32,000 nucleotides of DNA, from NCBI RefSeq assembly GCF_000010625.1, contig NC_010296.1:60001-92000 (forward strand), written 5' to 3'. The stretch is from Microcystis aeruginosa NIES-843 (lineage in GTDB: Bacteria; Cyanobacteriota; Cyanobacteriia; Cyanobacteriales; Microcystaceae). Below the pieces are notes generated by a model, which saw only the letters and a list, made by a program, of their open reading frames with translations, searched no databases and was not told where the DNA came from. Made by a program: the position numbers and the translations under genes. This document shows, piece by piece, positions 10,503 to 20,400 of this stretch (position 1 is the stretch's first letter; each line of letters opens with the position of its first letter).

Positions 10503-10526
10503 GGGGTTGAAACATTTTCAACCCTG
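10503..10526. terminator. Hairpin between convergent recQ and a small ORF (possible bidirectional terminator)
   Basis: GGGTTGAAA ca TTTTCAACCC read directly. No strong U-tract. Confidence 0.35.
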
Positions 10527-10533
10527 ATTTTTA

Positions 10534-10674
10534 TCATCCAGGAAAAATAACTTCTAGGGGAGCGGGAATCATCTCGCTACGAAAGTCAAGAATCTGGACT
10601 AGGATTAAATAGGCAACGGCGATTAAAATCGAAATTGCTCCCGTGATAATGGCGATAATTTTAGCAGAATTCAT
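10534..10674 (-). CDS. Small (46 aa) single-pass membrane protein, hypothetical
   Basis: Hand translation of the minus strand gives MNSAKIIAIITGAISILIAVAYLILVQILDFRSEMIPAPLEVIFPG, with stop TGA at 10534-10536. It is below the length cutoff of the ORF track and has one clear hydrophobic helix. Confidence 0.4.
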   Translation of the reverse strand: MNSAKIIAIITGAISILIAVAYLILVQILDFRSEMIPAPLEVIFPG

Positions 10675-11171
10675 ATAATTAACCGTTAATTTCCTGAGAT
10701 TATTGATCTATTCCCGCAAAAGCTACCGAAATTTATTCTCATCTACGATTGCGAGGATAAACAATTTAAACTGAAGATATCTTACAGCACAATTCTCCGA
10801 GGCGATCGAGAGGAGGAAAATCTTTACCGAATCAAGGTTAGTTACGGTTAAAGAGATTTTGCCATCAGTTCCACGAAAGAATAGGGTTTATCAGCTAGGA
10901 GAACATTCAGAATTTTGACTAATCCCGAACTGAGGTTCAGGTTGAAACCCAGTTTGACGAGAGATAGTCCTTGCGGCTCAATGTATAGATTAACATCTAT
11001 GGTAAAGCTTACAATTATTTGTTATTTGAATCTATACAACCAGCAAAACCCTTGCTATAATCGACAATACATGGTAATAGACCAATTCCATCCACGGCAT
11101 CCGCATCGGCATCCTCAAAGTTGATCAACCTCGTTTTGTTTTAAGGTAGGCTAAGGCCTGCCTTACTTTTT

Positions 11172-11197
11172 ATCAGTGATCAGTAACCAGTAAGCAG
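11172..11197. repeat. Heptanucleotide array A(T/C/G)CAGT(G/A), about 3.7 units
   Basis: Read directly: atcagtgatcagtaaccagtaagcag. Confidence 0.85.
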
Positions 11198-11251
11198 AAA
11201 ATTGCCATTTAATACCAATCAGCGCTCAGACTGTCCACGGAAAACTCAAAT

Positions 11252-11290
11252 CTGATCACTGGTAACTGATAACTGATAACTGATCTGATC
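11252..11290. repeat. Heptanucleotide array CTG(A/G)T(A/C)A, about 5 units, inverted relative to 11172-11197
   Basis: Read directly: ctgatcactggtaactgataactgataactgatctgatc. Confidence 0.85.
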
Positions 11291-11384
11291 CCCTAGCGTG
11301 ATAAGCTGTGTATTGGCTAATTTTACAAAAAATTAAGACTTTCCCCTTGTGGGAGTTATCAGCTAAAACCCAGAGTAGACATAA

Positions 11385-12836
<1,452 letters not shown>

Positions 12837-12911
12837 TTACAAAGTCAGTAGTAACCGCTAAACGCGGTTACTTAACCCAGAAATCTGCCAAAATTATCGT
12901 TATTATCACCA

Positions 12912-13328
12912 ATGAGCATTACAGTACGGGTTATTACACCCGATCGCATTGTCTGGGATAACGTGGCCGAAGAAGTAATCCTACCCAGTTCCACGGGACA
13001 ATTAGGTATTCTTAGCGGTCACGCTCCTTTATTAACTGCCCTGAATATTGGCGTAATGCGAATTCGACCGGGGAAAGACTGGGAAAATATCGCAGTTTTG
13101 GGCGGTTTTGCCGAAGTCGAAAATAATGAGATCAAAGTCCTCGTTAATGGGGCGGAATTAGGCTCAAAAATCGATAAAGAAAAAGCTCGCGCCGAATACG
13201 AACGGGCCCAAACTCGTCTCGATGAAGTCAGTAAAGGGGATGACCGTCGCAAAACTATCCAAGCGCAACAATCATGGCGCAAAGCTCGCGCTAGATACCA
13301 GGCCGCCGGCGGTTTAGTATCGGTTTAA
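12912..13328 (+). CDS. atpC: F0F1 ATP synthase subunit epsilon
   Basis: 138 aa immediately downstream of the beta subunit gene, with a typical epsilon N-terminus ([12 protein letters not shown]...). Confidence 0.92.
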   Translation: MSITVRVITPDRIVWDNVAEEVILPSSTGQLGILSGHAPLLTALNIGVMRIRPGKDWENIAVLGGFAEVENNEIKVLVNGAELGSKIDKEKARAEYERAQTRLDEVSKGDDRRKTIQAQQSWRKARARYQAAGGLVSV

Positions 13329-13359
13329 ACCAAACCAAATCAAATTAAATTCAAGCAAA

Positions 13360-13398
13360 ATCGGGCGGGTTTATATAAACCTACCCGATTAATTTTTT
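13360..13398 (+). terminator. Rho-independent terminator after atpC
   Basis: ATCGGGCGGGTTTA / TAAACCTACCCGAT stem (2 mismatches) followed by TAATTTTTT. Confidence 0.6.
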
Positions 13399-13472
13399 AG
13401 CCTTTAGCAATCAGCTTTTAGCCATTTTTCTGCTTACTATCAAGATTATCTAGCTGACGGCTAAAAAGCCGA

Positions 13473-13796
13473 TTAATTGCTACCACTAAACACAACTTCG
13501 GGGAATTTTAACTGTGCATCGGCCATGGGGATTTGTCGGCCTTGATTGCGTAACTCTTGCCAAAAATTAATTACTTCTGTGGCTTTGTTGAGAACATCAA
13601 CGCGATCGGACTCATCAATCCAGTGTTTTGCTTCTAACTCCTCTTGCAGTTGTTGCCAAGCATCATTGCGCGGCCAGAAAAAATAAGCGGTGAGGGGGCT
13701 AGTTCCTTTGCCGACCACCTGATCCACAGCGATCGCTACGTTCTGATCTAACCACAATACTTTTAAAATAAACTTTGATTCGGAACTGACTGTCAT
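13473..13796 (-). CDS. 30S ribosomal protein PSRP-3 / Ycf65
   Basis: [42 protein letters not shown] matches the PSRP-3/Ycf65 family signature as I recall it. Confidence 0.8.
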   Translation of the reverse strand: MTVSSESKFILKVLWLDQNVAIAVDQVVGKGTSPLTAYFFWPRNDAWQQLQEELEAKHWIDESDRVDVLNKATEVINFWQELRNQGRQIPMADAQLKFPEVVFSGSN

Positions 13797-13899
13797 TGTT
13801 AATCGTTAATCGTACAATTCTCGATTATATCATCTTTTGACTCAATTTTCCGCAGTCAGTTTTTAACTATTTTTTGCTGTTTTTTCGCTAATAACCGCT

Positions 13900-14304
13900 A
13901 TGATTCCAGAAACAGACTCTTTACCCTGTAAACAAATCGGTGTGGCCGTAATTAGAGATGATCGAGATTTAATTTTAATCGATCGCCGTCTAGCCAAGGG
14001 ACTCCTGGGCGGTTTTTGGGAATTCCCCGGTGGCAAAATCGAAGGCAATGAAACGGTACAGGAATGTATTAAACGGGAGGTATTAGAAGAAATTGGCATT
14101 GAAATCGCAGTGGATAGTCATTTAATCACCATCGATCACACCTATAGTCATTTTCGGGTTAATCTACAAGTATATAACTGTCGTTATCTCAGCGGCGAAG
14201 CGCGGGCGATCGAATGTGAAGAAATCCGCTGGGTAACTATCCAGGAACTAGATAATTACACTTTCCCCGCGGCCAATCAAGAGATTATCGAAAATTTGGG
14301 TTAA
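13900..14304 (+). CDS. NUDIX hydrolase, MutT-like (8-oxo-dGTP diphosphatase family)
   Basis: Nudix box GGKIEGNETVQECIKREVLEEIGI. 134 aa. Confidence 0.8.
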   Translation: MIPETDSLPCKQIGVAVIRDDRDLILIDRRLAKGLLGGFWEFPGGKIEGNETVQECIKREVLEEIGIEIAVDSHLITIDHTYSHFRVNLQVYNCRYLSGEARAIECEEIRWVTIQELDNYTFPAANQEIIENLG

Positions 14305-14650
14305 AACCCCGTCCTTTTAGGACGGCTTTAAGCTACAATGGAAAAAGCGATAACCAAGCTAAAAACTGAACCTTGACAACAGATAGTAGGGGGTTTTGTT
14401 CAGAAAAGAATTCAAATTCGGCCTTGAACGAGTAAAACTTTCTAGGAAATAAGGTTGAACATTAGATTTTTTCGACTTGTTCAAAGTGGCCGTCCGGCAT
14501 CCGGACACTCAAAACGGACGGGTCGAAAGAGTCAGACTTAAGCAATTAAGCGTTTTTCGCTATCTGCGTCAACCCCATTGACGCGACCACCCTAAAAAAG
14601 TGGCGTGGTGAGGAATCGCCGTCCGTTTTACGGCGGCGAGGATGTCAACA
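14289..14650 (+). mobile_element. tnpB-less IS200/IS605-type miniature element (E2) with omega-RNA-like 3' half
   Basis: It starts CGAAAATTTGGGTTAAAACCCCGTCCTTTTAGGACGG (perfect CCGTCC/GGACGG hairpin) and ends GGAATCGCCGTCCGTTTTACGGCGGCGAGGATGTCAACA. Bases 14508-14650 align by eye with the reverse complement of 30892-31040, the 3' end of tnpB. Its 5' end overlaps the last codons of the NUDIX gene. Confidence 0.6.
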
Positions 14651-14705
14651 GAGCCTTAAAAGACATGGTAAACTCGAAATGATTGCTGCTAATCGTCGAG
14701 TAATT

Positions 14706-14942
14706 ATGCTTAATCCTTCTATTCGTCAAGAACCCCGCTATGAACCGGCCGCGGTTATTCCCCTAAAAAAAGACGCTTCCATTGTCGAGTGGTTAGAAAA
14801 AAATAATCGCATGATTCCCCGGGATAAAATCGCCGAACCGGATCTGACTCTCGAAGAAGATGTGGAACTATCTGAACTCATGGATGTCGATGATATCGGT
14901 TATGATGACGACGAGGATGAATTAGTCTTAGATGAAGATTAA
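14706..14942 (+). CDS. Small acidic conserved cyanobacterial protein (DUF3134-like)
   Basis: MLNPSIRQEPRYEPAAVIPLKKDASIVEWLE... with an acidic tail (DDIGYDDDEDELVLDED). The internal ATG at 14706 is preferred over the track start 14679. The family name is from memory. Confidence 0.5.
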   Translation: MLNPSIRQEPRYEPAAVIPLKKDASIVEWLEKNNRMIPRDKIAEPDLTLEEDVELSELMDVDDIGYDDDEDELVLDED

Positions 14943-14987
14943 TCCCGTCTTCTTTGGCAAATTTTACCCTTATCTGGCGCTTTAGTC

Positions 14988-16055
14988 GTGAACGCTAACA
15001 TTTTTTCCGCCCCTATCTTTAAAAAACCCACTGGAACCCATCTCCTGATTCTACTAACGGGATTACTATTTCTGTTAGTAGTTTTTTTTCAGTCCACTAA
15101 TTCCCTGTTAATCCCCCTGATGGCCACAACGTTAATCAGTGCTGGTCTTGGTTGTCAAGTAGTACCGATGCTGCGGCGCTTGAAAATGGGTCAGATTATG
15201 CGCGAAGATGGACCCCAGGCCCATTTAAAGAAAGCAGGAACCCCGACCATGGGAGGCAGCTTTTTTGTGCCAGTAGCCCTTATTTTCGCTTTAATCTGGT
15301 CTAAATTCACTCCTAATGTGGTGGCGGTTGCTTTGCTGACCTTTGTTTACATGGGTATCGGTTGGTTAGATGATTGGCAAATTCTGCGTTATAAGTCGAA
15401 TAAGGGCCTGTCTCCCCAGATGAAGTTAATTTTACAGATAACGGGGGCGGTGCTTTTTTGCCTCTGGATGTTGGTCAATCAGGTGAGTACCGATATCACC
15501 CTTTGGGGTCGATTAGTCATTCCTTTGGGCTTTTTCTTCTGGATTTTGGCGGGATTTGTCCTTGTGGCTGAAAGTAACGCCACTAATCTCACCGATGGGG
15601 TGGATGGATTAGCGGGGGGAACAGGTGCGATCGCATTTTTGGGTTTAGGTATTATTATCGCCCCTAGTCATCCGGATTTGGCGATTTTCTGCACTTGTTT
15701 TGCTGGTGCTTGTCTAGGCTTCATTTTTCATAACCGCAACCCCGCTAAAGTGTTCATGGGTGATACGGGTTCCCTCGCTTTGGGAGGTGCTTTAGCTGCG
15801 GTGGGTTTAATTGCCGGACATCTCTGGGGATTATTTTTAATTAGTGGTCTGTTCTTTCTGGAATCTCTTTCGGTAATCGCTCAGGTTATCTATTATAAAG
15901 CCACAAAAGGACCCGATGGCAAGGGCAAAAGATTATTAAAAATGGCTCCTTTTCATCATCATTTAGAATTAAGTGGTTGGACGGAAACGAAGATTGTGGG
16001 AGCTTTTTATCTGGTTAATGCGCTTTTAGTTGTCTTGGCTATTTGGAGTAGTTAA
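14988..16055 (+). CDS. mraY: Phospho-N-acetylmuramoyl-pentapeptide transferase
   Basis: 355-aa polytopic protein with GTPTMGG, DDxxK, NATNLTDGVDGLA and FMGDTGSLALGG motifs. GTG start. Confidence 0.93.
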   Translation: MNANIFSAPIFKKPTGTHLLILLTGLLFLLVVFFQSTNSLLIPLMATTLISAGLGCQVVPMLRRLKMGQIMREDGPQAHLKKAGTPTMGGSFFVPVALIFALIWSKFTPNVVAVALLTFVYMGIGWLDDWQILRYKSNKGLSPQMKLILQITGAVLFCLWMLVNQVSTDITLWGRLVIPLGFFFWILAGFVLVAESNATNLTDGVDGLAGGTGAIAFLGLGIIIAPSHPDLAIFCTCFAGACLGFIFHNRNPAKVFMGDTGSLALGGALAAVGLIAGHLWGLFLISGLFFLESLSVIAQVIYYKATKGPDGKGKRLLKMAPFHHHLELSGWTETKIVGAFYLVNALLVVLAIWSS

Positions 16056-16379
16056 TTAAGCACTAAAGGAAAGACCACAACCGCAGGTATTTTGGGTGTT
16101 GGCATTGGTAAAACGGAAACCACCACCCATGAGATCTTCTGAATAGTCTAATTTTAAAATTTGTAGGTAGCGATCGCTGTCAGGATCGACTACAATATTA
16201 ATACCCTGACTTTGATAAAAGCGATCGTTTTCTGCCGCAATAGGGGTTAATTCGAGATGATAGTGAAGTCCCGAACAACCACCGTTTTTTACTGCCAAAC
16301 GCAGATAGGAACCAGTCAGACGACGGCTTTGACTCCAACGTTCAATTTCTCTAGCGGCGGCGGGACTTAATTCGATCAT
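16056..16379 (-). CDS. HesB/IscA-family iron-sulfur cluster insertion protein
   Basis: 107 aa with GGCSG and the C-terminal CGCG motif. Its stop codon directly abuts the mraY stop. Confidence 0.85.
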   Translation of the reverse strand: MIELSPAAAREIERWSQSRRLTGSYLRLAVKNGGCSGLHYHLELTPIAAENDRFYQSQGINIVVDPDSDRYLQILKLDYSEDLMGGGFRFTNANTQNTCGCGLSFSA

Positions 16380-16452
16380 TGTTTTTGAGACTATTGTAAT
16401 AATAATATCAAGTTCTTGTGAAGTTATACCACAGTTATTATCAAACTTTATG

Positions 16453-16650
16453 TTAAGTAGCTGGTTATAATTAAATTAAAAATGGATTTTAGGTTCGATC
16501 CCCCCTGCCCCCCTTGATAAGGGGGGTGCCGATAGGCGGGGGGATCGCCCCTGCCCCCCTTGATAAGGGGGGTGCCGATAGGCGGGGGGATCGCCCCTGC
16601 CCCCCTTGATAAGGGGGGTGTCTGACAACTTTTAACGCCTACCTACTTAA
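16453..16650 (+). mobile_element. MITE-like element, copy A (TTAAGTAG... terminal inverted repeats)
   Basis: The ends are TTAAGTAGCTGG and CCTACCTACTTAA. The first ~58 bp are identical to the reverse complement of 28325-28382. Confidence 0.7.
16497..16620 (+). repeat. 46-bp tandem repeat, about 2.7 units, inside MITE copy A; each unit has a C6/G6 hairpin
   Basis: The GATC marker recurs at 16497, 16543 and 16589. The unit contains CCCCCCTTGATAAGGGGGG. Confidence 0.9.
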
Positions 16651-16698
16651 GAAATATGTAACTAATGGATGGCGGGGGTAGCTGACAATTTTTAACAC

Positions 16699-16731
16699 AG
16701 AAAAAGGGTTTCTCCGAGAAACCCTTTTTCT
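16699..16731. terminator. Palindromic hairpin (variant of the GAAAACGGGTTTCT family)
   Basis: AGAAAAAGGGTTTCTCCGAGAAACCCTTTTTCT read directly. It has A/T-tracts on both sides. Confidence 0.5.
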
Positions 16732-16765
16732 AGGTGACTTAGAAGGAGAGCTTAGAAACTTAGAT

Positions 16766-16865
16766 AAAGAAATTACCCACTGGAATGCTCCCTAAAGCTG
16801 GTAAAGTCCCAGTAAATCCGGTGATATTTATTAATAAATCATTGCTGGATTGGAAGCCAGCCGTG
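16766..16865 (-). pseudogene. Orphan duplicate of the last ~32 codons plus stop of the giant exoprotein gene
   Basis: 100 bp with 3 mismatches to 17355-17454, aligned by hand. There is no upstream ORF continuation or start codon. Confidence 0.85.
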
Positions 16866-16940
16866 AGAGGAGCGGGTATTTGTCACAGGGGAATTAATTT
16901 GTGGTAGCATACAATTAAATGCGTTTTGTCTGCTAGGATA

Positions 16941-17231
16941 ATGCTCAACCTTTCAAAAGACATTCATTCTTTAACTGAGTTTAAACGAAACACGACCCGG
17001 TTCCTAGAGCATCTCAAACAAACCAAAGACCCTTTGGTGCTTACGGTTGATGGGAAAGCAGCACTCGTCGTGCAAGATGCGGAATCCTATCAGACACTTC
17101 TTGAAGCTGCTGAATTGGTTGAGACGCTTAAAGGAGTCAAGCGTGGTCTTGAAGAGATGAAGCAAGGCAAAGGTAAGAAGGCAGAGGAATTCTTCTCTGA
17201 ATTGTTCGATAAGCTGGACAGTTCTCCATGA
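16941..17231 (+). CDS. Type II antitoxin, Phd/YefM family
   Basis: MLNLSKDIHSLTEFKRNTTRFLEHLKQTKDPLVLTVDGKAALVVQDAESYQTLLE. The ATG at 16941 is preferred over TTG 16926. Its stop overlaps the next ATG (ATGA). Confidence 0.8.
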   Translation: MLNLSKDIHSLTEFKRNTTRFLEHLKQTKDPLVLTVDGKAALVVQDAESYQTLLEAAELVETLKGVKRGLEEMKQGKGKKAEEFFSELFDKLDSSP

Positions 17232-17404
17232 GCCAAAAGTATCAAGTGGTCATACAACCTGAAGCACAACAGGGAATTGAAAAAGCCTATCTGTGGTTCA
17301 GTAAAGATTCTCCTCGAAAAGCGAGGTTGTGGCTAGAAGGATTGTTAATTAAACAAAGAAATTACCCACTGGAATGTTCCCTAAAGCTGGTAAAGTACCG
17401 GTAA
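17228..17404 (+). pseudogene. Truncated RelE/ParE-family toxin gene (only ~41 authentic codons)
   Basis: MSQKYQVVIQPEAQQGIEKAYLWFSKDSPRKARLWLEGLL matches a ParE/RelE N-terminus. After ~17350 the frame reads antisense through the 3' end of the giant gene to a stop at 17402-17404. Confidence 0.65.
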
Positions 17405-20400
17405 ATCCGGTGATATTTATTAATAAATCATTGCTGGATTGGAAGCCAGCCGTGCTATCATTAATAACGAGGTAAGTTCCAGCTATCGCACCGGTTGTTA
17501 CCTGCACTAAGGCGGCACTATTAACCCCTAATCCTTGATTACCTGTAGTGGCTCCATTGGCATCAGTAAATACTTGATTGATTAAATTCTGTAAAGTGGT
17601 GACAGTGCTATTAGCAGCACGACTGAAATTGCTAGGCGCACTCGTGGCGTTTCCAGCTTGAGTTAATAAGTCAATTTTATCACTATTGATGGCAAAATCT
17701 GTGATACGATCCCTTGTTGATATGGTAGATTGACCAAATTGGAAGATAAAAGTATCTGCACCTAAACCACCGGTTAAGGTATCAATTCCCGCACGTCCAT
17801 TGATTTGATTATTGCCACTATTTCCGGTGATTTTATTGTTACCGGCGTTACCTGTACCATTAATATTATTACTGCCAATTAGTCTGAGGTTTTCGACATT
17901 GGCGGGTAGGGTAGTGGTGACATTAGCGGTTAAGGTGTCGCTGATGGTGACAATTCCCTTGTTATTGCTAAGAGTTGCATTGACGGGATTACTGAGGTTA
18001 ATGGCAAAAGTTTCGTTTGCCTCATTAAGGTTATCATTGAGGATGGGAATGGTAATAGTAGCAGTGGAAGTATTAGGTGCAATGGTGATAGTTCCAGTTT
18101 TGCTAGTGTAATCTACATTGGCGATAGCGTTAATGGGTGCAGTAGTATAATTGACGCTAATTGGTTGTGGATTGGGGTTGTTGACAGTGACGGTGAGGAT
18201 GGCATTATTATCTTTACCCTCGACAACGGTGACATTATTGATGGAGAGTTTGGAGAAATCGTCATTAGTAATTGTCCCCGTCACTGCGGTGGCCGTACCT
18301 ATTGTATAACCCGTCCCAGGAGCAAGGTTTAAAGTTACGGTTTCATCATCTTCAACATTTGTATCAGCAGTGGGGTCAATTGTTACAGTCGCAGTATCTG
18401 AACCAGCAGCGAAGGTGACTGTATTATTAGTCCCTGTACGAGTGTAATCTGTATTAAGGGTAGCTGTCCCTCCGAGGGTGTAATTGACTGTTAAAGCATT
18501 GGTTGTTACACCAGTACGAGTGAAGGTATAAACGAGATTAGCTGTCCCGTCTTCTGTCACACTACTGGGAGAAACCGCAAGAGTGACACTGGTATTATCA
18601 CCATCATCATTAGTAATTGTTCCTAATCCTTGATTATCTGTAATCAGCGCATTGCTAGGATTAGAAAGGTTAATCAAGAAAGTCTCATCGGGTTCAATTG
18701 CAGTATCACCATTGACTGAAATAATAATATCTTGGCTGGTTTGTCCGGGGGTAAAGGTGAGAGTCCCTGTTGTGGCTGTATAGTCGCTTCCTGCTGTTGC
18801 TGTGTCATCAGCAGTGGCATAATTTACGGTAATTGTTTGGGTACTTGTGGTTGACAATGTAACTTTAAATACCAGGTTGTTTGTTCCTGAATTGTTTTCT
18901 ACAATTGTCGGATTTGAGATTGTAAAGAATGGTTTATCCCAATCGGCTGCTGTCCAGGTAGTTGTTGCTTGCCAAGTTTGGGGTGTCCATTCATCAATAC
19001 TGTTCCAAGCATCTCCTGACCATTTAGTTGTAGCTTGCCAAGCGTTATCTCCCCAGTCAGGTATGGCATCCCAAAAGTTATCAATTGTCTGTGATGCTGT
19101 AGCTGTTGTTGCTATTTGATAGCTATTTGTGTCGAGAAAAGATGATGCAAGCGTTTGCGTTGAATTGCTTTGATTTGCAGTTGATGGAGATAAACCAAGT
19201 TTCTTGTCAGACTGTCCAATAATCGCATCCCACGCATCTGAAGTCCAAGATTTAGCTGCGTTGTAAGCGGATGTTACTGCATCGGATATATTTCCAAGAC
19301 CATCAATGGCAATTCCGATTGCTTGGCGTACTTTTTCAGTGGTTCCACGATAAGTTAAAGCCGCTGCCAGATATGTTCCTGTTAATCCAATTCCAGGAAT
19401 AGGTAAGCTTCCCAATCCTCTAATCATCATTTGCAATGCAAAATAATCAGCATCAGGCAAATATGTAAACCAGTAACTACTTAAATCAGTGGTATTTCCG
19501 TTGGCAACTTTCCGAGTTAAATCTGTCGGCTTTGACAAATTAGTTCTTGTAATAGTTTGATTTAAGACGGGAACTGAATGTTTTTCAAAAGTAATTGCAG
19601 ATGTTAGTTTTGAATATTTTTCTAAGTTCCAGAGTCCATTTAGGTATGTTGAACCTGCAATGCTAACCACATCGGCCGAGGTTATGTAATGAGTGACACC
19701 TAAGTTATTAGTAGCGTTGAAATTAATGCCGGGTTGTTGAGAAATACCCGGACTATTGAAAGTAACAATCTTTCCGAGTTGTCCTGTATAACTACCCCCT
19801 ACCCACTGACTTAATGCACCGCCTAAACTATGACCTGTAATATTAGGTTTTAGAGTCAATCCGCTTACGGGATTAGATACTTCTGAAAGCCATTGATTGA
19901 TTGCGGCTTTATTGTTAGTAAATTGATTATAGCCAACTCCTTCGGTTTCAGTATCACTTAATAAATCTTTACCAGATGAGAATTCAGTACCCCGAATGGC
20001 TAAAACAGGAGGTTTAGCAAGGTCATAAATTGTGCCATCAGTGAAGGTATAGGATTGATTGGCGCTGGTGAGTTGGTTGATTAGATTCTGTCCAGCAGTA
20101 TAGGCGGCGGTATTGTTACCGCCTGAAGTATTGGCAATATCTTGCAGTAAGTTATTGCTATTAGATGTAAATTCATTGGCATTAAGGGGATTGGCTAAAA
20201 CCAGAAAGAATTTTTCATCAGAAGTTAAACCAAAAGCATCAAATCCTGTGCTAGAATCTTTGAAAACTTTATTGATACGATAGCCTTCGTAACCCAGGTC
20301 ACTATAGTCATAGATCTTATCTACTTCTTTGCCTTTGTCCGTATCTGTCCAATCACGATAAGCGGTGTCTCTAGCCAAAATCTCAAAGGTTTGGTCGGTA

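Noticed and set aside
10915-11124. A 69-aa ORF in the recQ-atpD intergenic region.
   Set aside because: It has a TTG start, no recognisable RBS, and an odd composition with an HPRHPHRHPQS tail. It overlaps a promoter-like and terminator-like pair that is better explained as non-coding.
14289-14650. E2 (and E1) considered as a housekeeping structured RNA (tmRNA, RNase P RNA, 6S RNA, SRP RNA) or a group II intron 3' end.
   Set aside because: I could not find the hallmark motifs: no tRNA-like end or tag ORF, no RNase P conserved helices, and no domain V consensus. The clear by-eye homology to the tnpB 3' region gives a better explanation.
16053-16058. The back-to-back stop codons of mraY and the hesB-like gene, considered as a possible annotation or assembly problem.
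   Set aside because: Both ORFs are full-length with family motifs through their C-termini. Convergent genes with zero spacing are unusual but not anomalous.
16497-16620. A possible CRISPR array (regularly spaced G/C-rich palindromic repeats).
   Set aside because: The 46-bp units are directly tandem with no unique spacers. They are embedded in a MITE with terminal inverted repeats, and no cas genes are nearby.
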